From Tubulanus polymorphus (lineage: Eukaryota > Animalia > Nemertea): DNA of 64,000 nucleotides. The position numbers and the translations under genes were made by a program. The stretch covers positions 1,942,131 through 2,006,130 of the forward strand of contig NC_134033.1 in assembly GCF_964204645.1 (NCBI RefSeq), written 5' to 3'. Numbering within the stretch: the first letter of the stretch is position 1; each line of letters opens with the position of its first letter. This document shows positions 62,241 to 64,000 of this stretch, piece by piece. The notes beneath the pieces are model-generated. The model searched no databases, was not told the DNA's origin, and was given only the letters and a program-made list of their open reading frames with translations.

Positions 62241-63413
62241 GATCACCGTCAAATGTCACTGTAATTTCGATTATAATTGTAATTGCTTGTAATGTCCTCT
62301 GGACCTTAGCATGTATTTATTTTGTATATAGGCCTACCATTGACTTGTTTAATAAAATTAATTTGTACTATAAAAAAAAAACTGTAGGCCCTGATAATGA
62401 ACCCATGAACTGTGACAAGGATATTTGTTATAATTATTATTCTAATCTAATTAAACTAATGATTCCTCGTTGATCATCAGCTCTCAACTTGTTGATCTAT
62501 TTATTCATCATAATGAAAGCATTTTAATTTTCGATAATGAGTGGTGATATAGCTACAGAGAGAACGAGGGGAGAGAGGGTGAGGGGAAAGGCGAGTGAAA
62601 TGAGGGGAGGGAAGGTGAGAGGATAAAAGATTAAGGCTTTATCAAAAGGAATAAAGAATTTATCTAATTTGCAATAATGATCGGTTAATCAATGAGTTGT
62701 GTACGAATCGTCTGCTCTCAGATGACGACAGACGGACGACTCGACCGGGAGTGATAACAACAACATCATCGCAGCAGCAGCAGCAGCAACCAGCATTCTA
62801 GGCGTGGTTTCAATGACGATGTGTGCAACATCAGCAGGTTTCAGCATCCATTTCCATGCCAACCAGAAACAAGCCTACATATCTAACGCTACATACATGC
62901 GTATTTCAAGGTAAGAAGTTGCTTCTACGATTTTCTTTCTAAAATTTAATCGCCCTCATCGTCGTTCAACTTGGGCGAACTTTTCTAATCAGCAGTTCGT
63001 GATAAAACTTCGTATTTACTCGATTTTGACTTCCGAAATCAAACATATACTGAATCCAGCATTTCCACTCCTTTAGACGACAACTGTGGAACAGCTGAGA
63101 CATTGCTTGCGAAATTCCACATATTTGAAAAAAAAATTTTCACAAAAATTTTCGGCGAAATAAATTTCTTAAAGTAATAAATTTGAAATGAATCTCTGTT
63201 GAGTTTTTAGAATTTCTTATAAATAACAAATTTGGCAAATCATTCTATTCGCTTAGTACGATGCTAGTTCTAATGAATGTTCACGGGGAATCGATAAACA
63301 AAACTGCCAAATTTGGACCCTTCACACCCATGTATAAGTAAAAAAGTAAATTTTGTCAATTGGAACAGGGGTAGGGCCATATAGAATTCAATTCTTAAAT
63401 GAATTCATAGATA

Positions 63414-63576
63414 CAGCGGAACCTCGTTATAACGAACTCGGATTGGACCATTTTTCGGATATGACAAATATAGAATTTCGTCCCAAGCAAGAAAATTTAA
63501 TTAATTTCATACTGGATATAACGAACTATCGGTCATAACGAACAGATTTTCTGGGGCATGTAACGAGGTTCCGCTG
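63414..63576. mobile_element. Tc1/mariner (pogo/Tigger-like) MITE
   Basis: Perfect TIR CAGCGGAACCTCGTTA with a TA TSD on both sides. Confidence 0.85.
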
Positions 63577-64000
63577 TAGTTTTAACAGATACATACTTGC
63601 GAGCGCTTTTTAAAACGTCATTATATATTCATCTTTTTCATAAGTCTTGAGAGCAGTTTTTTAAACCATCAAAATAAGCCATTTTCACGTCATTTTCACT
63701 AAGCAGTTTCTAACCCGTAAAAACAGTTTTTACTGTTGAGTAGGTGAGGCATTCCAAACATGAGGCGTGTATATATTCTAAGGTCTCTCAATACTTTGGT
63801 TTCGAATTCGTTGAATGATTTTCTCGAAAATATTTTTCCCTTTTATTCAACGTTATTCTTTTACCCGCTCGCAGCGCGTCTGCCGCGTAACCATGGTAAC
63901 CGTTTACGGCGTTAAAGACAGGAAATTTCTGCTGAAACGCGACGCGTAGATTATATACATAACACATACCTGTGTAATCATTATTCACTTGAAAATTATA

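Noticed and set aside
62720-62915. Possible plus-strand exon ending CAAG|gtaaga
   Set aside because: Good donor, but no recognisable product or partner exon in the window.
63960-64000. Donor CAG|gtatgt at 63970 as the BTB-ZF 5' UTR exon
   Set aside because: Plausible but at the window edge and cannot be delimited.

Overview
Repeat-rich eukaryotic DNA with spliceosomal introns and no visible CpG depletion. It is most likely from a bilaterian invertebrate; the species cannot be determined from the sequence. All protein-coding genes I can support are on the minus strand. (1) A single-coding-exon BTB/POZ + ~12 zinc-finger gene at 58226-61789. (2) The 5' part of a large multi-exon IQCJ-SCHIP1-like gene that the ORF track largely misses. 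Its coding exons are 54837-54631, 53231-53172, 44686-44622, 41174-41094 and 38683-37843, all with canonical splice sites in compatible phases (418 codons). There is also a probable alternative first exon at 147-10 encoding PKKKRKRKRKK. The SCHIP1 core exons are expected beyond the left edge of the window. (3) A tandem cluster of intronless class-A GPCRs of the FMRFamide/sex-peptide-receptor-like NFxxY type, apparently nested in an intron of that gene: two intact genes, one frameshifted copy and a 51-bp relic of a fourth. The remainder is MITEs (Harbinger-like with CWG TSD, piggyBac-like TTAA, Tc1/mariner TA, one 5-bp-TSD element), a tRNA-derived dispersed repeat and many minisatellites. Several minisatellites derive from MITE ends or carry CTCF-like motifs. 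The most interesting signal is an invertebrate gene that appears to keep the 9/65/81-nt exon architecture of vertebrate IQCJ and has the IQ motif and a SCHIP1-like MDW motif in one exon. This suggests the vertebrate 'read-through fusion' may be the ancestral gene form. Comparisons to human sequences are from memory and need alignment checks.
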